This document shows, piece by piece, positions 55,872-64,000 of a stretch of 64,000 nucleotides of DNA (positions within the stretch are counted from its first letter, which is position 1; every line of letters begins with the position of its first letter). The notes under the pieces were generated by a model. That model had not been told where the DNA came from. It worked only from the letters and a program-made list of their open reading frames with translations, and did no database searches. The translations under genes and the position numbers were made by a program. The stretch lies in IMG/VR virus record IMGVR_UViG_3300005095_000128, positions 1 through 64,000 of that record, one strand, 5' to 3'. The DNA is from a virus.

Positions 55872-56024
55872 AGCAACCCCATTGTACCCGGGTGGTGCAA
55901 TATATGCAACCCCGCCTATATAGGCTCCATGCCGCGCACAAAAATCGCACTACCCCTCCCATCGGAAAATGGTGGGGGTGCGGTTAGGGTTGACACCATC
56001 GATACCGTGGGCTAGACTGATAGT

Positions 56025-56090
56025 GCCAGCTACGAGAACCCTTGTGGGAGTTGGGCCGGGCTCCGGGAAACCGGAGCCCGGAAGCTTTTT
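56025..56090 (+). ncRNA. Candidate ~65-nt sRNA
   Basis: Promoter TTGACA-17-TAGACT (55990-56018), a 5' hairpin, then terminator CCGGGCTCCGG-GAAA-CCGGAGCCCGG..TTTTT. Confidence 0.6.
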
Positions 56091-56108
56091 GTGTGTTATA
56101 GTGTGGGC

Positions 56109-56510
56109 ATGGCTGGCTATGTTGAAGCAGCGCAAACGAAGCTAGCACACCTCAACCACGCACATAAAGATAGTCTATCTCATGAAGTTTACGTTGAAGG
56201 CAAGTTAGTAGCGCTTATCCGGTCACATGGACCATCGCGCACCGTATTTATCGAAGCTTTCAAGGATGGTGAACAATGCCTTCACGTAAGCGTGCAACTC
56301 AGCAATGAGGGGGATATATACGACATCAAGGTGTACAAGCTTGGCGGCGGGTTGCAGTTGGTTGGGAACGAAATAACTATCCTTGATAGTTGTAGCGTTG
56401 AGTATATACGCATCGTTAGTGGTGGCCCGCCACCGGTGATGACGGTCAACATCAGGAAGGTTGCGCGACAGCAAGAAGTTGCCTCTGTGCTCATCTCCTA
56501 CCTAAGCTAG
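56109..56510 (+). CDS. Hypothetical protein (leaderless)
   Basis: TGT-TATAGT, 6 nt, then ATG. Confidence 0.55.
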   Translation: MAGYVEAAQTKLAHLNHAHKDSLSHEVYVEGKLVALIRSHGPSRTVFIEAFKDGEQCLHVSVQLSNEGDIYDIKVYKLGGGLQLVGNEITILDSCSVEYIRIVSGGPPPVMTVNIRKVARQQEVASVLISYLS

Positions 56511-56525
56511 TGGTGGTGATGTGCA

Positions 56526-57272
56526 ATGTGCCAGCTACAAGGTTTTAGACTCCTCCATAGCCAGGACGGCGGAGTTGTTCGCCTCAGCGCCCATATGGGC
56601 CAGGACGGCGTACTATTCCGCGAGGAGGGCCCTAATGGCGAGCTCGACATCACTATCGATGGCAAGCTCATCCTCATCCAGGAACACGGTGAGGGCGAAT
56701 ACGCAAGCATAGACATCAATGATGACGGAAGCGTCGATGTCGTTGACCAAAGCAACAACGTAATCGCTCGAGCCAATGGCGCTATCGTCATCAACGGCAC
56801 AACGACATACGTTCTCGTCGTGCGCCCATCCGGTCACACTATCACCGTGGATCGCGACGGCATCTACCGGGTGTCGGCAAGCTTCGGCGACGGTAGCCCG
56901 GTAAGCACGAAAGCTATCTACGGCGACGACTCCATCTTCATGTCACGTGACAAGGTGGCTTACACGTTGGATCGTGAGCACCTCTTCGTATCGGTTCGCC
57001 TATGCGACCAGAGCGGGATAGCGCTTATCACGTTGCAAAGCACTCTTACCGGCGAAGATGCGACCCTACTAGCTACCCAAAATGGTGGGTTCATTCCAGC
57101 CGATGGCTCGGCTCAAATCGAGCTTGGCTTGGGCGACGTGAATGTGTACGTCAACGGTAGCAGGTTAACGGTGAGTAGGTCTAGCGCTAGCAGCGGCTCG
57201 TGTGGCGACATTAACATGCGATACGATGGGGAGTCGCTCCTGCATGTTATCCTCGACGAGCAACAACCCTAA
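56526..57272 (+). CDS. Hypothetical beta-rich protein
   Basis: 248-aa ORF of repetitive beta-hairpin character. Confidence 0.55.
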   Translation: MCQLQGFRLLHSQDGGVVRLSAHMGQDGVLFREEGPNGELDITIDGKLILIQEHGEGEYASIDINDDGSVDVVDQSNNVIARANGAIVINGTTTYVLVVRPSGHTITVDRDGIYRVSASFGDGSPVSTKAIYGDDSIFMSRDKVAYTLDREHLFVSVRLCDQSGIALITLQSTLTGEDATLLATQNGGFIPADGSAQIELGLGDVNVYVNGSRLTVSRSSASSGSCGDINMRYDGESLLHVILDEQQP

Positions 57273-57832
57273 CCCGACCTGTCGAAGGGCGTTAGCCCTT
57301 CGCAGCGGCAACGTGCGCACCATGCTCACCAATAGCAAAGACAAGGCAAAGATCACCGTAGCTGACCACGAGCTCACCATCTATGCGATCGTTGGTAAAC
57401 GCACCAACGGAAAAAGCGCCCTACTTATTGTCATAGGCGATGATAATGAACAAGACCAGCAGCTAGGTATACGCTTGGATTTTTGACGCTCGACAGTTGT
57501 CTGTTGGTTGGTTTGTCTTGGGGTTTTGTCGGCGCTTGTGTGGCTAGCAGAGGGGTGGCCTAGCCTTCGTTTGCTTTTGGGGTTGTGAGTTTTGGCTTTT
57601 TGCGCTTGGTGCTTGGCTGGGTATCGGGGTGCTTTATTGGGGGATTCTACGCTCGAGAAAAAAGAGAGTACCCCCTCCCTCTTCAGTTGCTTCCTCGATG
57701 GAAAGTGTTCTCTCCCTCACAATCCATAATCATTCTAACAACACTTCCCACATTCCTTGAGTCCCTCACGCTCAGGCTTGCTGAGCTTGGCCGCCCATAG
57801 GGTATAAACTTTGACTGAGTTCAAAAACGCTA

Positions 57833-57939
57833 GAAAATGCGATAAGCATGGGCTTTATGCGCTACGCAGCATAAATGCGATAAGCATGCATACTTTACAT
57901 ATGCATAGCGGAAAAATGCGATAAGCATGGGTTTTATGC
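57833..57939 (+). repeat. Three direct repeats of AAATGCGATAAGCATG
   Basis: Copies at ~57835, 57873 and 57914; copies 1 and 3 extend GG(C/T)TTTATGC. Confidence 0.85.
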
Positions 57940-58147
57940 AAGCCGTCTGAGCTTGCCTACAGCATACCCCCCTGGGGGCGCTGAGGGGGATAGGCTTAGG
58001 GTGGGCTTGCGATAGATACGCAAAGCTTTACTTTTGTATAGCGTCTTGGAGGGATTCTAGGAAATGCGCATAGAAAGTGCGTAGATATGCGTGATATGAG
58101 GGATAGAATGCATAAGTTGGAATGTGTGTTCTGGTGCACATATGGGC

Positions 58148-58179
58148 TTGACACTAGGGTAGCATATATGCTACCCTAG
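58148..58179 (+). promoter_or_regulatory. Promoter overlapped by a 26-bp perfect palindrome (operator)
   Basis: TTGACA-18-TACCCT with CTAGGGTAGCATATATGCTACCCTAG at 58154-58179. Confidence 0.7.
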
Positions 58180-58196
58180 GGGCGTAGGGGGATGTT

Positions 58197-58385
58197 ATGA
58201 GCAAGCGCTACCGGCAAATCTACCTTGAGCAAGCCCAGGCGTATGTTGTTACGGCCTGGAAAGATGGCAAGCGGGCCGAGCGTCATGTGTTTACCCGCTA
58301 CACTGATGCATCCGCATGCGCCGATGAACTGCTAAAACGATATGACGACGTACGCATGGTGTGCCCTGGTACTCCTGAGCCATAA
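58197..58385 (+). CDS. Small early hypothetical protein
   Basis: GGGGGA SD, downstream of the promoter. Confidence 0.55.
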   Translation: MSKRYRQIYLEQAQAYVVTAWKDGKRAERHVFTRYTDASACADELLKRYDDVRMVCPGTPEP

Positions 58386-58626
58386 GCGGGATAGGGGCCT
58401 TTGGCCCCTATCCTACCCCCCCTATCCTACCCCCTCATGGCCGGCCGCCTTGACGCGGCGAGGGGGCTCCCCCGAGAGGGGGTCTAAGTGCCGGCCGGGG
58501 ACCTTGAAAGCCTAGCCCATGCGCCGCCCCGCCCATGCGCGTATGCCCCCGCGTATGGGCATAGGGGTAGGCTAGGGGCGCGTTAGGCCCATACGCGCGT
58601 AAGCGCGTATGGGCTAGGGGGTAAAA

Positions 58627-59058
58627 ATGACCTGGAGCGAATACTCACGCGAATACGAAAAACTAACTAAGGCTATCCAGGACGCACTTGCGGCGCACCT
58701 TGGCAAGGGCGCCGCCAAGCGCTTGGTGTCCGCCGGCGAATCGGCGGCGCTGAACACCCTAAAGGCCTTAGACCCGGCCAAGGGCCGGGAACTGGCCAAG
58801 GCGCTTGACGCCTTGGCCGCCCAAGCGCGTAACGTGGCCTTAGATACGGCCACGGAATACGCAAGGCAAGCGCTTCAGGCGCGTGAGCGATACGAAAAAA
58901 CGCTCAGCAAGCTCAACGCGCGTTTTTCGAGCAAAGGCGATAAGGTAAGTATTGCCCTAATGGGTAATACTTACACTTTTGTAATCAAGGCCGGGGGGCG
59001 CTTGGAGCTCATCCCCAAGACCCCACGGGGGGCCAAGGGCCCCCGCCGGCGCAAGTAA
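58627..59058 (+). CDS. Basic helical hypothetical protein
   Basis: GGGGGT SD; Ala/Lys/Arg-rich. Confidence 0.6.
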   Translation: MTWSEYSREYEKLTKAIQDALAAHLGKGAAKRLVSAGESAALNTLKALDPAKGRELAKALDALAAQARNVALDTATEYARQALQARERYEKTLSKLNARFSSKGDKVSIALMGNTYTFVIKAGGRLELIPKTPRGAKGPRRRK

Positions 59059-59491
59059 GGCATAGGCGCATGGGCTAGGCTCAGGGGGCGGATTATCCCG
59101 CCCCCTAAAATAAACCCGGCAAGCCATAATCATCATAAACATTTTTCCAGGCTTGCCGGGCGGCGCGAAGGCCGGAGTGAGTCCAAGCTCCGGCCGGGGC
59201 CGCGGTTGCGCTTGCATCCCGGCCCTAAATACGCGGCCTAGTATTCGGCCGCGTATCGCGCCGGAATTTTTGAACAAATAAAGCGGGACTCCCTACGCGC
59301 TTGCCGCCGGCGCGTAGGGGTTTAGCGAAACGGCGGTGTGCCCCGGTAGGGGGTGCAAAAGTAGGCCACGGGCTTAGGGTCCTTGCGCTAGCCCGGGCAT
59401 ATGCGTGTACATGCTGCCATACGTTTAGTATCACGCCGCGCAACATATGCTTACGCAAGCTCGCCCGGCTACCTGGCTCCGGGTAGCCGTA

Positions 59492-59813
59492 GCCCGTGCT
59501 AGCGCGTAGAGAGGACGTGGCAACCCCGCCTATGGGCGGGCGGGGTTATGGCCGTGGCCGGGGCGCGTAGCGATATGCGCTAACGCAAGGCATTGCGCCG
59601 GAAAAGACTTCGTGCGCCCTAGGTGGACCACTGCACCACCCGATTGGTATTTGAACCGGCTAGCGGGTGGTGTGCAAGTGGTCTACCGACTCGGGTGGTG
59701 AATGCAGCCCGAGGTATCCCCCGCGAATCCGCCCCGCCTTGACGTGGCGCGGGGGCTCGGCGCGTAGGCGCCGCGAAGAGGGCGGAAGCCCGTAAGTCCT
59801 GACCCGCATGGGC
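59492..59813 (+). ncRNA. Candidate large multibranch structured RNA
   Basis: Nested closing helices and at least six internal hairpins; no credible ORF. Strand is inferred from G-U pairs and GNRA loop. Confidence 0.5.
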
Positions 59814-59835
59814 AGGCTGGGCAAGGGGGTATACA

Positions 59836-60279
59836 ATGCTCAAGGGCATGCAAGTGCAGCGCAAGGCGGAAGTGCGTGGGAACAACGTCAAGCTTCGTTA
59901 TATCATCGAAAAAGATGGTGCATCGCATGGGATCTTCAACCAGGGCGGAACAAACAACGGCAAAACTGGCGTACTAAACCACCTTTTGGCATACGAGCTC
60001 GCAAAAGATGTGTTTCCAAGCCTAACCGAGAGGGAAGTGGTCGAAGCGTTTGGCGAGTTCTACTTCCCAGATGGAACTTGGCTCGATTCTGGCGGCTACT
60101 ACTATTCTATTGTGGCCACATACAAGGACAAAAACGTGATCACACAGGTGCACCGTGCAATCTTTGATTGGCTCCGTCGCGGCATAGAAGCAGCCGCGGC
60201 GCTTGAAGAGCGCCGCGGGCTCGAGCGGTGGCTCTGGGAAGAAGCCACCTTTAGCTTGGATGGACGGAGGGTTGGCTAA
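59836..60279 (+). CDS. Hypothetical protein
   Basis: GGGGGT SD; 147 aa. Confidence 0.6.
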   Translation: MLKGMQVQRKAEVRGNNVKLRYIIEKDGASHGIFNQGGTNNGKTGVLNHLLAYELAKDVFPSLTEREVVEAFGEFYFPDGTWLDSGGYYYSIVATYKDKNVITQVHRAIFDWLRRGIEAAAALEERRGLERWLWEEATFSLDGRRVG

Positions 60280-60485
60280 TGCGATACAGAATCGTTTACC
60301 GCGCCCCGGGGGTTCTTCCCCGGGGTACCAGGCGGGAGGAGTATTCCTCCCGCGACAAGGCAATGGCCCGTGCGGTGGAGCTAAGCCGCGCGGGGTACAT
60401 GGTCGAGGTCTACCCCGTTTACCCGCGTCCAAACGGGCGCGAGTGGCGGGGTACGCCCCTACGCCTGGAGCCTAGGCCGGCGTAG
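60279..60485 (+). CDS. Small hypothetical protein
   Basis: TAATG coupling; GGAGG SD. Confidence 0.5.
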   Translation: MRYRIVYRAPGVLPRGTRREEYSSRDKAMARAVELSRAGYMVEVYPVYPRPNGREWRGTPLRLEPRPA

Positions 60486-60638
60486 GGGTGATAGGGCATG
60501 GCCAAGGTACGCCGCTACCCCGCCCCGCCCAGCAAGGGGCGGGGCTACTATCCCACATGGCTCGAGCGAGACGCCGGGCCACTGGGCAAGTTTTCGTGGC
60601 GGAGGAAGTAAAGTACCCTCCGCCACGCAAGTAAGCTC

Positions 60639-60680
60639 GAGCCCTGGGACTTTGGCCCCAGGGCTTTTATTTTTTTGTTT
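60639..60680 (+). terminator. Intrinsic terminator
   Basis: GAGCCCTGGG...CCCAGGGCTT followed by a long T-run. Confidence 0.8.
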
Positions 60681-60806
60681 TTATTTTTGAGCACACAAAC
60701 CTAGTTTCCCGGTCTATATTTCCGCGCGGTGTAGGCCGGGGTTTTGCAGTTTACGCGCGGGCATGTGACTGCGAAGGGCAAAGCCCTTCGCAGAAAGGAG
60801 GATGAA

Positions 60807-61073
60807 ATGCCAAAGTATATGGTCACCTACAACCAGCCCGGCTACCTCCCCGAGTCGGAACCCATCTACGCCGACTCGGTGGAGGAAGCCATCGAGGCAT
60901 ATCGGCATGTAGTTGAAGACATCCTCGAGGCTGGCCCACTCGACACGGCCGGCCTCAAGGAAACCATCCTTCGCTTTGGCGGGGTGGCTGGCACATTCGC
61001 CACCCCCGAAGGTATCTGGTACGCGGTCGACATTGACCTTGTACCGGAAGGCAACGGAGGGGGTGAGATTTAG
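60807..61073 (+). CDS. Acidic hypothetical protein
   Basis: AAAGGAGG SD; YNQPGYLPESEP motif. Confidence 0.6.
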   Translation: MPKYMVTYNQPGYLPESEPIYADSVEEAIEAYRHVVEDILEAGPLDTAGLKETILRFGGVAGTFATPEGIWYAVDIDLVPEGNGGGEI

Positions 61074-61440
61074 GTAAAAATCTTAGTCGGCTCGGGGTGT
61101 TGCCTGCACCCCACTAGGCGGAGCCCTGGGGTTTGGGTCATATTTGGGAATCATTTTAGCGCCAACCCTAGGGCTCAGGAGCTTTTTGTGCCTTGCTTAT
61201 CGCATTTGAACTCGGTACAAAAATCCATTTTTACCAAAGAATCGCTCCAAATAACTCATTCGCACGCGATTTTCCGCGTGCGCATCGGCATTCCCGCGCT
61301 CCGGTCGGGCGCGGATACGAGCTCGTGAAACACTGGAAACTTTTTAGGGCTTGTATCCGCCCTAGGAGCGATTGGCATTTTTCGCGATAGGCAAGGCAAG
61401 TGAAGAAAGAGCACAAGCGTGAAACATATGGGGGTTCGAG

Positions 61441-62364
61441 ATGCAGGCTAAGGTAGTCGTCAAGCGGCTTGAGGACCAAGAGGTCCTAGAGGTACAGCAC
61501 GCGCCGAGCGTGCGCACGCTCCTGCACTACGCCCTCGCGCGGGGCGTGGATGTGGGGTTCCCCGTCGCATCCGGCGGGGAATACACGTTCGAGCTCCTAG
61601 GCGATCGCCTTGCGCATGTGGTGCAGGGCGATGCTGAGTTCATGCGGCAGCTTGCGGACCTGACTGCCTTGCTGGTTTTCCGGCTTGAGGACTGCATGCC
61701 CGAGTCGGTACGCAAGCGGGCACGAAAAGCGTTCGCTACTGAAGACGTCGCTCAAGCGGTCTGGAACGCCTTCCGGGCGCTGCTGGACGCGGGGTTCCAT
61801 GCCCGCAAGTGGTGCCCGGAGAAGGTCGTGGAAATCCTGAAGGAGGGATAGCGTGCGGGTGAATGTTCATGTACATGACATGCCCGAATACGGGCTAATC
61901 TCGGTGGATTGGAAAGACGCAAAGATGGAAAACAACATGCGGCAGTTGCGTCTCAAAAGACGGCGGATTTGGTTCGTCCCAAGCAAGCGCACCACCGAAC
62001 GTCTCCTCGACGCCATCCGCCAGCTCCTCGACGCTGACCCCGAAGTAGACCAAGCCGCCAAAAACGCCGTCCTGGACGCAATCAAATCGGCAAAGGGCTG
62101 GTGGCTCGACCTGGACAACAACACCATTGAGCTTGAAGTGAGTGGGAGGTGATTTTTGCGATGCCCAAGGCAAATCTCGAAGTCAAGGAAGCCTTGCGGT
62201 TGATCCGCAAGCTCGAGCGTAGGGTCAAGAAATCCCTTGCCCATCGGGATTCTGCCCTCGCCGAGCTCGCCGAGGCTCGGCGGGCGATCCAAGAAGGCCG
62301 ATGGGAATGGGCAGAATTGTTCATCCGCGATGTGAAGGAGGCGCTCCAATGGGCCAACCGATAG
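61441..62364 (+). other. Three coupled hypothetical genes (61441-61851, 61853-62152, 62149-62364)
   Basis: SD-led, tightly spaced plus-strand ORFs. Confidence 0.55.
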
Positions 62365-62685
62365 CTAATCTGGCACGAAACACAAAGGTCAACCGAAGGG
62401 GTAGCATATATGTTGCCGTGGCAAAAGCCCCAGGCTACCCCGCGTTGGGTTATCCCAAATGGTGGGATGACCAAGATGTAATACGCGCTTACATTGTTGA
62501 CTTGGTGCAAATAGGTTTGGTGCATCTAGTGAAGGGGGGTGAAAGTGGTGAAGCGTTATATCTAGGTGGGGAGTAGTGGTGATTAGTGGTAGTAGGTCTA
62601 AAGGCGTTTTGGGGTGTGGTGAAGTCCCGTTCCGCTGCGAAGGGCTAACGCCCTTCGACAGCAATAGCTAGTGGGAGGTGAGAAA

Positions 62686-63174
62686 ATGACGAAAGATCTG
62701 GTGCTCGTGAATTTGTACGACCGCGGCCTTCGGCAGTTCGACAACTTCCTCTTCGCTATCTTCAAGCGCGAGGAGCTAATCAAGACGGCTAAATGGCTTC
62801 TGCAGGCGCACAAGCGCTTGCAGGGCGTTGACGAAGTGGACCCGCTCACCGGCGTGATCTTACGTACAGAGAATCCGCTCGTCATGTTCGAGTACGCGCC
62901 GGCGTTGAGTGAGGTAGTTCCCGCTCCCGAGAAACTTCGCGAAAGCATGATCGGCGTCTCAGAAGAGACTAAGAACCGCATCCTCGAGCTCGTGGAGCAG
63001 CACAGGCTTGCGTTGCCTGTCGCGCTAACGCATATGACGTACTATCCAGAGTTCAGCACGAATGGCATCATCGGCATTGAGGCAGAAAGTGAGTACAACA
63101 ACCTTGCAACGATCTACGTTGACAAGGACTACTTCATGCGGTGGATTGGGGGTGATGCGAATGAAAATCAATAG
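62686..63174 (+). CDS. Hypothetical protein
   Basis: GGGAGGTG SD before MTKDL. Confidence 0.6.
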   Translation: MTKDLVLVNLYDRGLRQFDNFLFAIFKREELIKTAKWLLQAHKRLQGVDEVDPLTGVILRTENPLVMFEYAPALSEVVPAPEKLRESMIGVSEETKNRILELVEQHRLALPVALTHMTYYPEFSTNGIIGIEAESEYNNLATIYVDKDYFMRWIGGDANENQ

Positions 63175-63760
63175 GTACGATAACGGCGAACTCGTTGTGG
63201 AGATCGAATCACCACAACTACTACGAATCTCGTCTGAGACAGCGGACGAGGTTCTTCCGGTTCTGGTCGTCGATAGCAACACCATCGCGATCGATCGCAT
63301 GAAAGTCACTTTGCGCGACGGCGACGCGCGGTCGATTGCGATGGAAATCAAACGCGCCGACGAAGCCGCATACCGCGACCTTGCCGTTCAAGCGCGTATG
63401 CCACTCATCGCCTACGTGGCGTATTGGTGGAGGCCGCAAACTACCGAATACGAAATCATCGAGCGCTTTCGCCATTTTTGGCCAAACCTCCCCGACGAAT
63501 ACACTCTTGCATTTTTCGATTTTGAGCCAAATGAAGACGGGTATGTGATCGCGTACCCGGATAAATACCGCATTGTCTTTGACGAGGACCGCGATGCGTA
63601 CATTGGTATCGAAGATGGCGGGGGCTACATCGCTTCGATCTGGCTCCCGCCGCGGTTAGTGAGCGCTTACGTGTTCGAGGGTTCACAGCTTCTACCGGCG
63701 GGCTTAGCTATTGGCATGCCAGAGGGTAAGAAAAACCGGCTTGGGCAAATCATCACTTAG
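63161..63760 (+). CDS. Hypothetical protein
   Basis: GGGGGTG SD before MKINRY. Confidence 0.6.
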   Translation: MKINRYDNGELVVEIESPQLLRISSETADEVLPVLVVDSNTIAIDRMKVTLRDGDARSIAMEIKRADEAAYRDLAVQARMPLIAYVAYWWRPQTTEYEIIERFRHFWPNLPDEYTLAFFDFEPNEDGYVIAYPDKYRIVFDEDRDAYIGIEDGGGYIASIWLPPRLVSAYVFEGSQLLPAGLAIGMPEGKKNRLGQIIT

Positions 63761-63773
63761 GGGGGTGAATCCT

Positions 63774-64000
63774 ATGGGCAAGGCGAAGTTGTACCTGGTC
63801 GAATTCCACAACGACAAAGGCGAAAAGCTTGGTAAGTACCGCTACGCAACTTACGAAGACAACCCGCTCAACCACCACTTCTACGACAACATGCGCGAGT
63901 ACGCTGAATACATCATTGGCAATTACGGCTCACGCGCCGAAGTGCAAGATCTCGGAGCAACGGAGACGCACGTGCACCCGTCCATGCTCAATCCATATGC
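63774..64000 (+). CDS. Hypothetical protein, truncated by window end
   Basis: GGGGGGTG SD; MGKAKLYLVEFH... open to the end of the window. Confidence 0.55.
   Translation, partial: MGKAKLYLVEFHNDKGEKLGKYRYATYEDNPLNHHFYDNMREYAEYIIGNYGSRAEVQDLGATETHVHPSMLNPY

Noticed and set aside
57833-57939. Possible mini-CRISPR array
   Set aside because: Repeats are only 16 bp, the intervening sequences are short and partly repeated, and there are no cas genes; iterons fit better.
59492-59813. RNase P RNA, tmRNA or group I intron identity for the large RNA
   Set aside because: I could not find the RNase P GAGGAAAGUCC core, tmRNA tRNA-like ends and tag ORF, or group I P7 consensus by eye.
1-64000. Prophage/integration module
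   Set aside because: No integrase, att-like tRNA duplication or host genes are seen; lifestyle cannot be determined from this window.

Overview
This 64-kb window is part of a GC-rich tailed dsDNA phage genome with a long non-contractile tail (siphovirus-like). No integrase or host genes are visible. Layout: (i) 0-5.3 kb: class II ribonucleotide reductase carrying a LAGLIDADG intein, plus a phosphoesterase. (ii) 5.3-36 kb, minus strand: a complete morphogenesis module (TerS, TerL, portal, M23 lysin/holin, protease-scaffold, three decoration paralogs, MCP, head-tail joining, tail tube, frameshifting tail chaperones, tRNA-Asn and tRNA-Gln, a 2687-aa tape measure and tail-tip proteins). (iii) 36-47 kb: ThyX, a probable initiator with an internal ori-like palindrome, RusA-like, dUTPase and HU. 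(iv) 47-64 kb: an accessory/early region unusually rich in structured noncoding DNA. Standouts: a Ro60/TROVE gene preceded by two tandem Y-RNA-like stems, one with a T-arm and the other with D and Ser(GCU) anticodon arms; a ~270-nt promoter-to-terminator sRNA with several anti-Shine-Dalgarno/anti-start-codon segments; orphan antitoxin-like genes (two HigA-like, one MqsA-like, one macrodomain); a ~320-nt multibranch RNA candidate; and recurrent operator-like and inverted-repeat motifs. Several leaderless genes suggest a Deinococcota (Thermales-like) host, which is inference only. All calls come from reading motifs by eye; no database searches or folding programs were run.
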